Source: Octopus vulgaris
Lineage: Eukaryota
Assembly: GCA_951406725.2 (NCBI GenBank)
Contig: OX597831.1
Coordinates: 40,114,001-40,178,000 of the forward strand
Direction of reading: 5' to 3'
DNA: 64,000 nt
Shown here piece after piece: positions 26,988-40,807 of this stretch. Position 1 is the first letter of the stretch, and the number at the start of each line of letters is the position of its first letter. The position numbers and the translations under genes were made by a program. The notes beneath the pieces are model-generated. The model had not been told where the DNA came from. It did not search any database and saw only the letters and a program-made list of their open reading frames with translations.

Positions 26988-27358
26988 TGGAAGCACTCCG
27001 TCGGTTACGACGATGAGGGTTCCGGTTGATCCGAATCAATGGAACAGCCTGCTCGTGAAATTAACGTGTAAGTGGCTGAGCACTCCGCAGACACGTGCAC
27101 CCTTAACGTAGTTCTCGGGGATATTCAGCATGACACAGAGAGTGACAAGGCCGGCCCCTTGAAATACAGGTACAACAGAAACAGGAAGTAAGAGTGATAG
27201 AAAGTTATGGTGAAAGAGTACAGCAGGGATCTCCACCACACCCAGCCGGAGCCTAGTGGAGCTTTTAGGTGTTAACGCTCAATAAACACTCACAACGCAC
27301 GGTCTGGGAATCGAAACCGCGAGTCCGCTTCCCTAACCACTGGGCCATTGCGCCTCCA
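26988..27358 (-). mobile_element. SINE family C (tRNA-derived), near full length
   Basis: Minus strand GGAGGCGCAATGGCCCAGTGGTTAGGG (A box)...GGTTTCGATTCCC (B box)...CCTGTATTTCAAGGGGCCGGCCTTGTCACTC...GTAACCGACGGAGTGCTTCCA; second copy at ~60750-61044(-). Confidence 0.85.
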
Positions 27359-27484
27359 CACATAAATATTACGTGTGTACGCAAACAAGAGAAAGGGCAT
27401 ATACAATATGTGAATAAATAAATATATATATATGTATGTATGTGTGTGTATCAATATGCATGAATATATATATGTGTATATATA

Positions 27485-27722
27485 TAGGGTGGCCCAAAAG
27501 TAGGTTTACAGTAATTCAACTATCTCTTTCGCATTCATATTTTAACAGTTTAGATCTTAATTATAAATAAAAAATACAAAACGATTATTCTATGCTAATT
27601 TAGTTAGTTTTGTCAAACTCCCTTTTCAGTTTGTAAGATAGGAATTTAAATGTAATAAAATATTTTAGAAGAAATGTAAAGTGCCTACATGATGACTGTA
27701 CACCTACTTTTGGGCCATCCTG
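27485..27722. mobile_element. Tc1/mariner-type MITE (~240 bp)
   Basis: TIRs AGGGTGGCCCAAAAGTAGGTTTACAGT and ACTGTACACCTACTTTTGGGCCATCCTG, set in a TA repeat. Confidence 0.85.
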
Positions 27723-27754
<32 letters not shown>

Positions 27755-27842
27755 TGCAAATAAGAGAAAAGGTATATACAAGGTATAAATAAAAATGTGT
27801 ATATATATATATATATATATATGTATTGTATTTGTATATGTA

Positions 27843-27873
<31 letters not shown>

Positions 27874-28151
27874 TATGTGTGTGTGTGTGTGTGTATGTAT
27901 GTCTATATATATATGTGTGTGTATATGTATATATGTGTGTGCATTTGTATAAGATATATATATATGTGTGTTTATATATATATGTATGCATGTATATATA
28001 TATATATATATGTGTTTATATATGTTTGTATATATGTGTGTGTGTATATATATATATGTATGTATGTATGTATAACTCTTAAAAACTGTCACTAAAAAGA
28101 CCAATGCCTAATGTTTTTGTCGTTGCTGTTGTTGCTTTCTTTATGTGTGAT

Positions 28152-28211
<60 letters not shown>

Positions 28212-29096
28212 GATAGATATGTGTTTGTGTATGTATATATATATGTGTGTGTATGTATGTATATATATATATGCATGTGTGTGTGTGTATATGATTTCTT
28301 CATTGGTGGGCGATGCAGGAGCTTTCCCTTTTGTGAATCAATTTGATGGCATTGATAAACTATTTGGCAAATCACTAATAGCTTTTAACAGCACTGCAAG
28401 CCTCCCCATTCACCCACCCACCTACCTATCTATCTTACCCACCTGTCTACCAACCTAATTACAAACCAACCTTGCATCTATCATTTGTTCATTCCATCAA
28501 TAAAACCTGCTGCTTGTTGTGTTTTTTTATATATTTTTTAATTGCATTATTCTTTTTTACGAAGAGGGCCTATTGTTGTTCTTGCTATTGTTGTTCTCAC
28601 TTATTTACCTCTTTTCATCTTCTTCTAATTAGTACGCTCTTGTTCTTCGTAAATGAAACAATATTTCTTTTTATATGCACTTCTCGTACTGTTTATTTAA
28701 CTTTGTTCATTACATTACTTACATTAAATTACTATTGTTAGTATTATTACTTTTATTGTGTTTTGAATAAACTGAAGTGCTAACATGCTATCTTAAAGGT
28801 AGTGTTTTGACTGTGGTGTTTCCTTTTACATAAAGCCATCATTGCTTGCCAACTGGTGTTGGTTTGTTTGTTTCTCTAACTTAGCACTTTGGCTTAAACC
28901 AATAGATTAAGTACCACACTTAATATGTACTTGAGTTGATTTCTTTGACTAGACTTTTCACTCTTGAAAGTGGTACCTCAGTATGGCTGCAGTCCAATGA
29001 CTAAAATAAGTAAGACATGTGTATACTGTTTTTTTTTGTTTTTTTTTTGTGATCAAACTAATCCTCTTTTTCCATTCTTTTTCTTTTTTTCAATAG

Positions 29097-29205
29097 CATA
29101 TTGAAGCCACATTGTTGCAAACCTCAAAAAGTGGTTTTAAATACCTTGCAGAATACAAAGTTAACCGAGTGGAACACAAAATGGATCATTTAGCTTGTTT
29201 TGCAG
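29097..29205 (+). CDS. MAN1A: MAN1A-like exon (absent from ORF track)
   Basis: Long T-tract + caatag acceptor; HIEATLLQTSKSGFKYLAEYKVNRVEHKMDHLACFA(G) contains the GH47 EHKMxHLACF motif; donor G|gttggt; 109 bp. Confidence 0.95.
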
Positions 29206-29967
29206 GTTGGTTCTCAATTCATGTGTGTGTGTGTGTGTGTGAGTGAGTAAGTGTGTCTGTGTGTGTGTGTGTGTGAGTGATTGAGTGAGTGAGTGATTGA
29301 TTGGTTTCTGTATACAAGCTGAATTTTTCAGACCAAACTTTTCAGGCATAAAAACAAAACATAGATTGACTTAAGCACAAAGACAACTTTCAAGGAATAA
29401 TTATTCCATGTGGAATGCAGCTGAATTTGGAAATATTGTGGTGAGGTTTGAATGCTTACACTCTCTTCTACTTCACCTTCTATGCCGGAAAAAACAGTAT
29501 ATATATATATATATACATACATATATATACATATATATATACATATATATATGTATAATTTTTATATAATGCCAGACTTACACAGTGACTCAGGAGCTGA
29601 GAGTTTCATGCACTGATAAGTTTGATAACTCTCAATTCATGAAACTCTTGCCCTTTATATTACTTTTGAACTTCTGCCAATTAGGTTATATATGTACTTA
29701 TGACATGGATGGAGGATATCTGCCTTTAATAGTGAATCACAACATTTGCTTCTGCACCTAATACCAGCTTTAAGTCGTTGCTGAGTTTCTGTTCGTATAC
29801 CATTAGAGAAGATTATTCTTTATAATTGTTATGTAGTTGAATATTTTCCAAATGTGTATTGGCACTTCATCAGGTGAAATACAATTAATTCTTGTTGGAT
29901 TTTTCTGAATACTTTGGGTATATGATGTACATTTCTTTCAGCAAATTAAATTATCAGATTCCAGGGG

Positions 29968-30034
<67 letters not shown>

Positions 30035-30053
30035 TATATACATATATATATAC

Positions 30054-30106
<53 letters not shown>

Positions 30107-30387
30107 TCAGCATCATTGTTTAATGTCTGCCTTCCATGCTGGCATAAGTTGGATGGTTTGACAGAAGCTGGCCAGGCAGATGACTGCACAAGGTTTCTGT
30201 TTTGGCACAGTTTTTACAGCTGGATGCCCTTCCTAGCACCAACTACCCAGCAGAAATATACATATACACTCACATATATATAGATATAGATATATATAGC
30301 TATAAATAATATGTTAATATTGGATTGAAAACCCTTTTTGGACAGAAATTTCTTTTCCTGGTGTGTGAACACTCTCAATTAACGCAC

Positions 30388-30477
<90 letters not shown>

Positions 30478-33124
30478 GGTGTCACAAATGACAGTGAAAT
30501 AGTTTGAGGAAAATTTATTTAAGAAGAAGATTCTAATTTCACAACAAATTGTTTCATAACTTGAAAACATGTAAATAATTTATATTATTATATTTAATAA
30601 TAAATTAATTACCTACATGCCTGAAAATTTTGGTCTGAAATCTTTCTTACTCACTTATGAATTCAAATCAGGGTCTTTACTTAAGTCATCACTTATGTTC
30701 TCTTGAGAAGAATGGAAAATCCAACTCTAATCCTTTAAACCCTTACATATTTATTTATTTATTTTTTCAACTCTTGATGTTATATTTCCAACTAATGTAC
30801 TACCCCCTGTGTGTTTCAATTACGTTCTAGAATAATGCAGAACTTTGATCAGTTTCGTAAAACAGCTGTAACTTATTTTTTGTTTATTGCTGTTTGATGT
30901 TGGGAGCGCAACTTAACAAAAGATTCTTAGATAAATTCTATGGCAGAACATTTGTTTCAAATAACTGTAATTACAGGCAAATTCTGTGAAATGCAAAATT
31001 ATTTAAATTTATTTAACTTATTTACTTTCCTTTTGTTTTCATTTTATTTTTTTTAATTTATTTAAAAATCACCATACGTAATGAGTTATGAGCCAATATT
31101 CAGCTGGGATGTATTTATATATGTATATATATATATATATATACGCACATATATATATATATAACAAAATTGTAGTCGTATGGAAGAATCATGTGCATTT
31201 TATTGGATTTTCATTTGAACTTGAGTGCATATAAAACAGGTGCATCACCAAGATAAAATTGTACAAAACACTGGAATTTATCAAATTGTTTGAAGAAAAC
31301 TTTAAAATCGAAATGAATTCACGCACACCTACATAAATTCATGCATGCACATGCAATAATGATTCACAGATACCAAAGATTCTCTAATGCAATTAAACAG
31401 AATTTGTCACTCACCTGAGGGATAAATTAAAGATTCAGTTTTATATATATATATATATATATAAAAATATTTAAAAATATATAAAATATTTTAAAATATA
31501 TAAAATATTTAAAAGAAGATAAATTTGAAAATAATGTATTTTTCCAAATTGAAATTATACATACGCAAATTAATATTTTCTTTCATGGAAACTTGCAGAG
31601 CTTTGCAACTTTGCATAATGCAATCCTGTTGAATGCACATTGGAAAGTTGTTTCAATTGATTCCCCACAGGGAGCTCTCCTTTCCTGATGTTGGCATTCA
31701 TAGCACAGTTTCTTGCCATCAACCTTTCTGTTACTCTATTTCTTTTGGAGTATGCTAGGTTTGTTTCGTTTAATTTTAAAGATAATGAAAAATATATATT
31801 GAAATAACTTTGTCAGGATTAAACTGGTGTTTCAAACATAAACTATCATGAAATATCGATGGGAGATTAAAGTTTACATTTCCTTAAAACAAGGAATTTG
31901 TATCATGCAACTTGGGGGTCATCTGATGTAGGTTGGTTGGTATTAAAAGGGTCAGTGCCATGGCCTGAATTTAAAGGGATATCCTTCTGTCAGACTTTTA
32001 TCTTTCTCCCAAAAGAATGTTTTTTTATGAACAGCCTGCCCTTAATTGTGTTGCATCATCTACAAAGAACTGCAGATAGCTGCATCATTTTTTAGCCAGT
32101 ATCATTATCATGGTTTTCTGTGCTTGCATGGATCAGACAGTATTTGACGTGGCAAATTTCCTGTGGTTGGACACCTTTACTGTTGCTAACCTTCACTTGT
32201 TTCCATGTAACCTCATGTTTCCATCTGCTCCAGACACGTTTTCTCAAAAGATTGAAACACAGATAAGGGGTGGGATAAGCATGCGTGCACACATAACTCT
32301 GCATTGATATCCTCTCTTTTACTTTCTTTTACTTGTTTCAGTCATTTGATTGTGGCCATGCTGGAGCACCACCTTTAGTTGAGCAAATCGCCCCCCCAGG
32401 ACTTATTCTTTGTAAGCCTAGTACTTATTCTATCGGTCTCTTTTGCCGAACCGCTAAGTTACGGGGACATAAACACACCAGCATCAGTTGTCAAGCGATG
32501 TTGAGGCAACAAACACATATACATAAATACGACGGGCTTCTTTCAGTTTCCATCTACCATATCCACTCACAAGGCTTTGGTTGGCTTGAGTCTATAGTAG
32601 AAGACACTTGCCCAAGATGCCACGCAGTGGGACTGAACCCAGAAGGATGTGGTTGGTAAGCAAGCTACTTACCACACAGCCACTCCTGCGCCTATAAAGC
32701 TATCACAGTTTTTAAAAAAATGGATGTTAACCCTTTCACTACCAACCTGCCTGTGATTTTATTTCCAAATTAACTGAAGCAAAAGTAGTGTGTTTCAACC
32801 AAAATATGGTACTAAAAGGGTTAGCTCTTAATACCAACGTTCCTAAGATTGCCCCTGGTTCTATGATACAAACTTCTCAATAATGACGAGTTTTTTTTTT
32901 TTTACTAAATTGTCCTTTATTTTAAAAATTAATTCAAGTCAAGTCAGTGTATTTAAGTGAAAATTATTATCATGAAATGTAAGATAAAGGGTGAACCCCT
33001 TTTGATACCAAATTACCTGAGACCACCCTTGGTCCTCATACGAACATACTTTAATTTAAAGTGGGTTACATTAAAACTTTCCATCAAAACTTTCATATTA
33101 AAATTGTTCTAAACACCATCTTAA

Positions 33125-33891
33125 CCCCTTAATGGATTATCCCAAGTTTACTCATGCATCGCAAATGTATCTTCTTAGAACCAGACGTGTATACTCGGTC
33201 AAAATTAACTTTTAATTTTAGCACTCAAACGAGTTTTGTGTCGTTTCATTTTTGAGCAATCATGAATTTACTCGCATTGTCGTACACCTGGCAGCACATA
33301 TTCTGGCACCATTTCAAAGAATTTATGCTTCTGAGTTTTGAACTTCTGCTTCAGTGCATACTCAGATTCAGGAGGAGGTTGATGCCATTTTAGAACCGTC
33401 TCAATTTGATTCTCTATTATTTATACAAATAAGAGAATTATTTACACATTTTTTTTTCTCTCAAAATGGATGAAGATTTAGATATATTCAGCAATCAAGA
33501 AAGCGATTTTTCATTTCCCGATCTGGAAAGCTCTGGGGAGGAATTAGACACGTGTAGTTCAGACTCCGACAATTTTTCAGAAGATGACAAAGAAGATAAT
33601 CAGATAGATGCACTTGCATGGCACAAAAAATTTTCCTTTGATTTGAAAGCAATACATCTTATAAAAAATCGAAGATAGTTAAGTTATATGTATTTTTTCA
33701 ATGTCCAAGTTAACTCGTTTAAAACCAAATGAGTAAAAGTACATTTTAATTTCTATAATAAAAAAATAAAGGAACAAGATAAAAAAAAAATTTTTTTTGT
33801 AATTAACACAGTGTATATAATTAAAAAAAGGAAATATAAAAATATGCTCTGAAATGAAATGCCTTGTCAAAATAATTGATCCATTAAGGGG
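33125..33891 (+). mobile_element. Non-autonomous piggyBac-like element
   Basis: TTAA on both sides (33121-33124, 33892-33895), TIR CCCCTTAATGGAT; internal acidic ORF 33466-33678 (MDEDLDIFSNQESDFSFPDLESSGEE...) resembles a piggyBac transposase N-terminus. Confidence 0.8.
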
Positions 33892-36761
33892 TTAACAACA
33901 ACAAAATTATTTTATTTAAACAAGCAAAGGAGCTAGTTAGAAAATCTCCATAAGAGATGAAAGTAGTGACTATACTGAGAAGCAATATTTATCGTTACTT
34001 CAACATGGCTGTTCTGTAGGACCCAATGTTACTAACCCCAGGAGAACTCCTCCTCCAGTTGGTTATTCAATGTAATCTGCACCTAATATATATTGCAAGC
34101 AGGGGAGTGAACCCCTACCATTTTCTAGTGATGACAATGAGACCACCAGACTGTCTGGTGTTTAGCTGTTTGTGCTCATCCTCAGTGGTGGACGCCTGTC
34201 TGCTAGAGGTAGCAGTAGTTTGCTATTTCCAAAATTGATGATCCTTTAGTATTTAAACTGGCCATACAAGCACAGGAGTGGCTGTGTGGTAAGTAGCTTG
34301 CTTACCAACCACATGGTTCCGGGTTCAGTCCCATTGTGTGGCACCTTGAGCAAGTGTCTTCTACTATAGCCTTGAGCCGACCAAAGCCTTGTGAGTGGAT
34401 TTGGTAGATGAAAACTGAAAGAAGCCCGTCATATGTATATGTGTGTGTGTTTATATGTTTGTGTTTGTCCTCCTAACATCGCTTGACAACCAATGCTGGT
34501 GTGTTTACTTCCCCGTAACTTAGTGGTTCGGCAAAAGAGACCGATAGAATAAGTACTAGGCTTACAAAGAATAAGTCCTGTGGTCGATTTGCTCGACTAA
34601 AGGCAGTGCTCCAGCATGGCTGTATTCAAATGATTGAAACAAGTAAAAGAGATATCCAGCCAAAATATTTTTAACAACTTCATATTCAAACCGTCCTGGT
34701 CTAGCCTCTCACACCTACCTACCTACCTACCTTACAACATCATTTTAGAACTAAACGATCAGATGAAATAAAGCAGGGTTAACCATCCAAAAGTGTGTCA
34801 GTAAATAAACATTGCATTCGACGGAGTTCTCTAAACACTGAAGGGTTAAGTGAAGAGACTGTTTCTCAGCAGAAATATAATTACAAAGCAAGATTTAATG
34901 GAATGAAACTGAGGCCGAGAGGAGAGCAACGCAGCACACTCAGCAACAACCATCGCCACCACCACCCCACAACCAGTACCGTACGCCACAAAGAAGGATC
35001 ACAATGTCGACAGTGTCAGACAACAGCTGATGGAAAGTAATTCATCTTCATAAGTCACACTGTATGATGTCAGCTCGACATGGTGCCATCTTGACATAGA
35101 ACTAGTGCCATTACCATTGCCATTCCTTATATATATCTGCAACCTGATCTCTTGTGTGTCAAACTCTAATGTCATCACGTTGCAGTAAAAGCCTTCTACA
35201 GTCGAGATATTCAATATATGCAACCTGCTATCTGTTTGATCAATGTTGATTGTTATTTTATCTTGGTTTTGTTTTTCATGTCATTTTTTTTTGATGGGGC
35301 GGGAAGAGAAGTGTGTATCTGTATTGTTTTCAATTGTGCGGGTGTTAAATGTGTTTTAGTGAGTACATGAGTTTGTATGTGTGTGTGTGTGTTTTAATTT
35401 TTTCGTACAGTAGGCACCAACCAATCGGTCAGTCACTCCCACGTATCTACATCGTCATCATAATTAATATTATTTTAACAGTTAGGCTACAAGCTGGCGG
35501 AATCGTTAGTATGTCAGGCAAAATGCTGAACAGCTGTTTGTCTGTCATTACGTTTTGAGTTCAAATTCCGCTGAGGTTAACCTTGCCTTTTCATCCTTAC
35601 AGGATCAATAAAATAAGTACCAGTTGAAAACTGGGAGTCGATGTAATCAACTTACTCCCTCCCTTGAACTTGCTGGCCTTGTTCCAAAATTTGAAATCAA
35701 TATTTAACAGTATTTTTTCTTTAGTTTTTGTTATCGAGAGTGAAAGGGTTGTAGTTGTTTGGTCCCAGGTTAGCTCAGAGTGAGCAGAATTATTACCCAA
35801 AAGCCTTATAGATTTAGTAAAGTTCCTTCCCAAGCCATAGACATAAAAGGTTGGTTTCCATGTCATATGTATTCCCCACCTGGACGGGACTCTAGTCCTT
35901 TGCAGTGTTACTCCGCTTTGCCAGCTGAGTGGACTGGAGCAATGTGAAATGAAGTGTTTTGCTCAAGAACAAAACACATTGCCCAGTCTAGGAATCAAAG
36001 CCACAATCTTATGATCATGAGTCCAACACCCTAACCATTAAGCAACATGCCTCCTAACCATCCAAGTTTTTTCTTCTTTTCCTCTTTTTCTCTAGGCATA
36101 GTATATCTAGGACAACATTCTTCATTATGCTTCTCTTTTATGAATTGAAATTTCTAATAGACTGAATTTTAGATTTTAGGCGAATGAACAAAAAATTATA
36201 CTCTCTATCGTGTATTGAGTGCTTTTCTCTTTTGCATATGAGTATCATGTGTGTGTGTGTGTGTGTGTGTGTCACACTCCTTACAGCATATCACCCGTAG
36301 TTGCCACACACCAGTAAATATGGCCTGGTGGTGTGTACCATGCTTTCACTAATTGTTTTTGTGCTTGTGTTGTCAAAAGCAGAGTCAGACACCGTCTCTC
36401 CTCCCCCACTACTTTGCCCAGTGCCAGTGAGATGTTCGAGATGTGGTAGATGAAGATAGAAAGGGCTGCATCAACACTAGGCTCATACTCATTTTCTCTT
36501 GAGTAGGCTGGAACAATGTGAAATGAAGTGCCTTGCTCAAGTACACAACATGCCATCCAGTCCAAGAATTGAACCGGTGGTCTTATGATCAGATCAGAAG
36601 ACCAACACCCTTATCACTAAGCAACGTGCCTTCACTACAACATATACTCAAATACAAGGAGACAGCTATACTTTTGGTTCCCAATAACAACAATGAATGA
36701 CAGACTTTTTTGTAAGGTCTTCAATGAACCCCTAATACCTGCCTCCTAACATGCACACATT

Positions 36762-37975
36762 TTAACTCTTCAGCATTCAGACTACCCTGTTAAAACTATT
36801 TTGGACTAATCATGCATTACCTCTTAGCTTCAAGATTTCAATAATGAATGACATTGTAGGGCAAGTGTAGGAGGCTGGATTGGGTCAGTTTCAACATTAA
36901 CCCTTTCGTTACCAACCTGGCTGAAACCTGCTTTGGCTCTGAGTACAAATGTCTTGTTTTCTTAAGTTTTGAATTAAAATCTTCCACCAAACCTTAGTCA
37001 CAGTTTATGCTCCTAACACTAGCTGAATGATAATTAAATTATTTTACTAAATTCTTTGATATATTTAAAATTAATTGAAAGAAACAGAGAGCATCTCAAA
37101 ATAAATACAGTAATGAAAGGGTTAAACAGGTGGAATATTTGGGGTCAGAGATGGTGGGTTTAAATGCTGAAGGGTTAAAGCAAACTTGGATGAACTTAGG
37201 ACAGTATATTTTGATTTAGAAGCAAGTACTTGAACCCCTTAGCATTCAGTTTACTCTGTCAAATGTAATGCTTATTTCTTCACATTGTTTTGAATTAATC
37301 TTGCATTGTCTTGTATCTTTGTGATTTCAATGGTGTGATTGTTTATTTTTGTTTGAATGACATTGTAGGTTCAGTGTGAAAGGCCAGATCTGGCCAGTTT
37401 GAACCTAAAATAGGTAAAATATTCAGGCTGGATGTGACCAGTTTAAATGCTCAAGGGTTGACTTTGTAGCATTCAGATTACTCTGTTATTTGCTCACTTT
37501 TGGGTAGGTGCATGGCTCAGTGGTTAGTGTCAGGCTTACAATCACGAGGTTGCAAGTTCATTTCCCAGACCAGGCTGTGTGCTGTGCTCTTGAACAAGAC
37601 ACTTTTTATTTCACGTTACTCCAGTTCATTCAGCTGTATAAATAAGTTTCAGCATCACTGGTGCCCAGCTGCTTCAACCTTTCCTTTGAACAACATCGAT
37701 GACATGGAGAAGGGAGACTTCTGGTCTTTCAGGACACAACCTTGCCTTGGAAGGGAACTGTCTAGGTGCAATGCCATGGTCTTTAATGATTCAAAAGGGG
37801 TCAAAGAATGTTGGATAGATACGAAAGGCCATATCTGGTGAATTTGAACATGAAACAGATAGAATATTTGGGTTGGATATGGCTGGTTTAAACGCTAAAT
37901 GACTAAGGGCAACAGAGTAATCTGAATGCTAAAGGCTCAACCCTTTAAGCGTTTAAACTGGTCACATCCACCCTG
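36762..37975. mobile_element. Stack of nested TTAA-type MITEs
   Basis: Recurrent ends AACCC(C/T)TTAGCATT / AATGCT(A/G)AAGGGTT at ~36763, 37165-37178, 37232, 37447-37460, 37925-37950; nested TTAACCCTTTCGTTAC...TAATGAAAGGGTTAA at 36897-37125. Confidence 0.7.
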
Positions 37976-37976
37976 A

Positions 37977-38207
<231 letters not shown>

Positions 38208-38529
38208 TAAAAAAAGAATCCTTTACTTTATTTTTTTCTAGAATGTAATAAGCACTCGTTATGGTCTCGGGCCTACGTTTTAATTGATTCCGGCTCAAGT
38301 CCAGTGGCTTTCAGTGTAGTTTTGAGTTGATCCTTGCATCTTTGAAGAGGACAACCCCATCGTCTTTTCCCTGAAATGAGCTCACTGAATGATATACACA
38401 CACAGACACAATTATATTATAACCTATTAAAATTTAAATGAATCTTTATTTATTGTCTATGCATTTTTAACTTCATTTATTTCTTATGTACCACTACATA
38501 GTACAATTTATGTGTGTGTATCGTTAGCT

Positions 38530-38705
38530 CCTACACGCATCTTTTTCTTTCCTTGTTTCTTTTCTGTGTATCTTTCTGTCGAAGAGCGTAGGCTCGAAAC
38601 GTAAAAGACTTGTTTTATTTCTATTCCCGAGAGCCATACTAATACAATTGTTTGTTTGTACTCCACCTGCCTTCGTCTTTTGTTTATTTTCGTAAACCTT
38701 CCCGT
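38530..38705 (+). mobile_element. Penelope-like pseudo-LTR fragment with minimal hammerhead-like motif (copy 3 of 3, best preserved; motif 38571-38608)
   Basis: TCTTT-CTGTCGA-A-GAGC-GTAG-GCTC-GAAAC-GTA-AAAGA: stem I TCTTT/AAAGA, stem II GAGC/GCTC, palindromic ACGT in place of stem III. Confidence 0.6.
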
Positions 38706-38771
38706 TATATATATATATATATATTTGTGTGTGTATGTATACTTACATATATGTTACTGTTCATTTTCTGA

Positions 38772-39089
<318 letters not shown>

Positions 39090-40555
39090 TAATTTTGTTT
39101 TTTTTACCTTTTTCTTTGGTAAGTCACTAGAATGTGAGTTGAGTGAGATTCTCTGCTGCTATGTCTAGCTGGTTGAGTGGCTACATAGAGGCTCCTTAAG
39201 CATTCATTGGCTGCGGCAGCAGTGGTAGTGGTGATAGTAATAGTAGATCTTCAGCACCTGGTTAGCCCTGATCAAGACAAGATGAGTAATTGTCAGAGAC
39301 ATTCAAGCTGTGACCATCCCTTCCTAAAACTTATGGATTGTATGTTTAGCTACATTATCAAATTTGTCCTTCTTAAGAACATTACAATTGGGTGTCATTT
39401 GAGTAAGAATTGTGTGCTATTTCTAGCAAACTAGATGCTACACGAGAGCCTCCTCATTGACTCCAATTGCTTCATGTTTCTCTTTACCATGCCCAATGTT
39501 CTAACTCTTGCTAGAACTGTTCCTCTCTTACCTGCCCCCTCTGCTTGCTTATTACCTTTCCAAGATTGTTCAGCTTCGTTTGTACCTTGACTTCCTCCAA
39601 GCAGAAACATTAGTACACTGGATAAAATGCTTAGCGGCATTTCATTCACCTATATGTTTCTGAGCTCAAATTTGCCTGTCATCATTTGGAGGTCGATTAA
39701 ATAAGTACAAGTTTTGCATTAGGGTCACTGTAATCGACTTAATCCCTTCCCCCAAGTTTGAGGCCTTGTGCTTCCTGTAGAAAGAATTATTATTATTCAG
39801 TAGTCTTATTTTTATCACATGTTTTCACTGCACTACTGAACACAGCTTTATGTGCTGTGGTTTGTTGTGGTGCTCTTATTTTCACTGTATTGAAAGTGTT
39901 TTACATTGAGTGTGTGTGGTGCCTAGTAGTGCTATTTTCTGCATGTTATATATATTCTGTATATTATTGTTATTATTATTACTACTACTATTATCAAGGT
40001 GGTGAGATGGCAGAATCGTTAGCACTCTGGATGAAATGCTTAATAGTATTTTGCCCATCACTATGTTCTGAGTTCAAATTCCGCCGAGGTTGACTTTGCC
40101 TTTCATTTTTTCGAGGTCGATGAATTAAGTACAAGTTGCCTACCGGGGTCAATCTAATTGACTGCCCCCCCCCCCCCACCTTCCCAAAAATTTCAGGCCT
40201 TGTGCCTATAGTAGAAAGTATTATCATTATTATTGTTATTATTATTATTATTATTAATATTATTAAAGTGGTTAGATGGCTGAATCATTAGCATACTGGA
40301 TGAATTGCTTAGCAGTGTTTCGCCTGTCGCTATTTCAAATTCTGAGTTCAAATTCTGCCGGGGTCAACTTTGCTTTTATTGTTTTGGGGTCAATAGATTA
40401 AGTACCAGTGAAACACTGGGGTTGATGTAATCAATTAGTCCCCTGCCCCAAAATTTCCGACCTTGTGCCTTTAGTAGAAAAGATTATTGTTGTTATTATT
40501 ATTATCATTATTATTATCATTATTATTATTATTATTATTATTATTGATTATCTAA

Positions 40556-40807
<252 letters not shown>

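Noticed and set aside
26988-27358. tRNA genes (also ~50075, ~57470, ~61040)
   Set aside because: A/B boxes run directly into SINE bodies; no complete cloverleaf or terminator
34795-35260. Non-repetitive, moderately GC-rich stretch with a short ORF as an extra exon
   Set aside because: Splicing from 29205 into the cagcag acceptor reaches a stop within three codons and there is no recognisable homology; a regulatory role cannot be excluded but is unsupported
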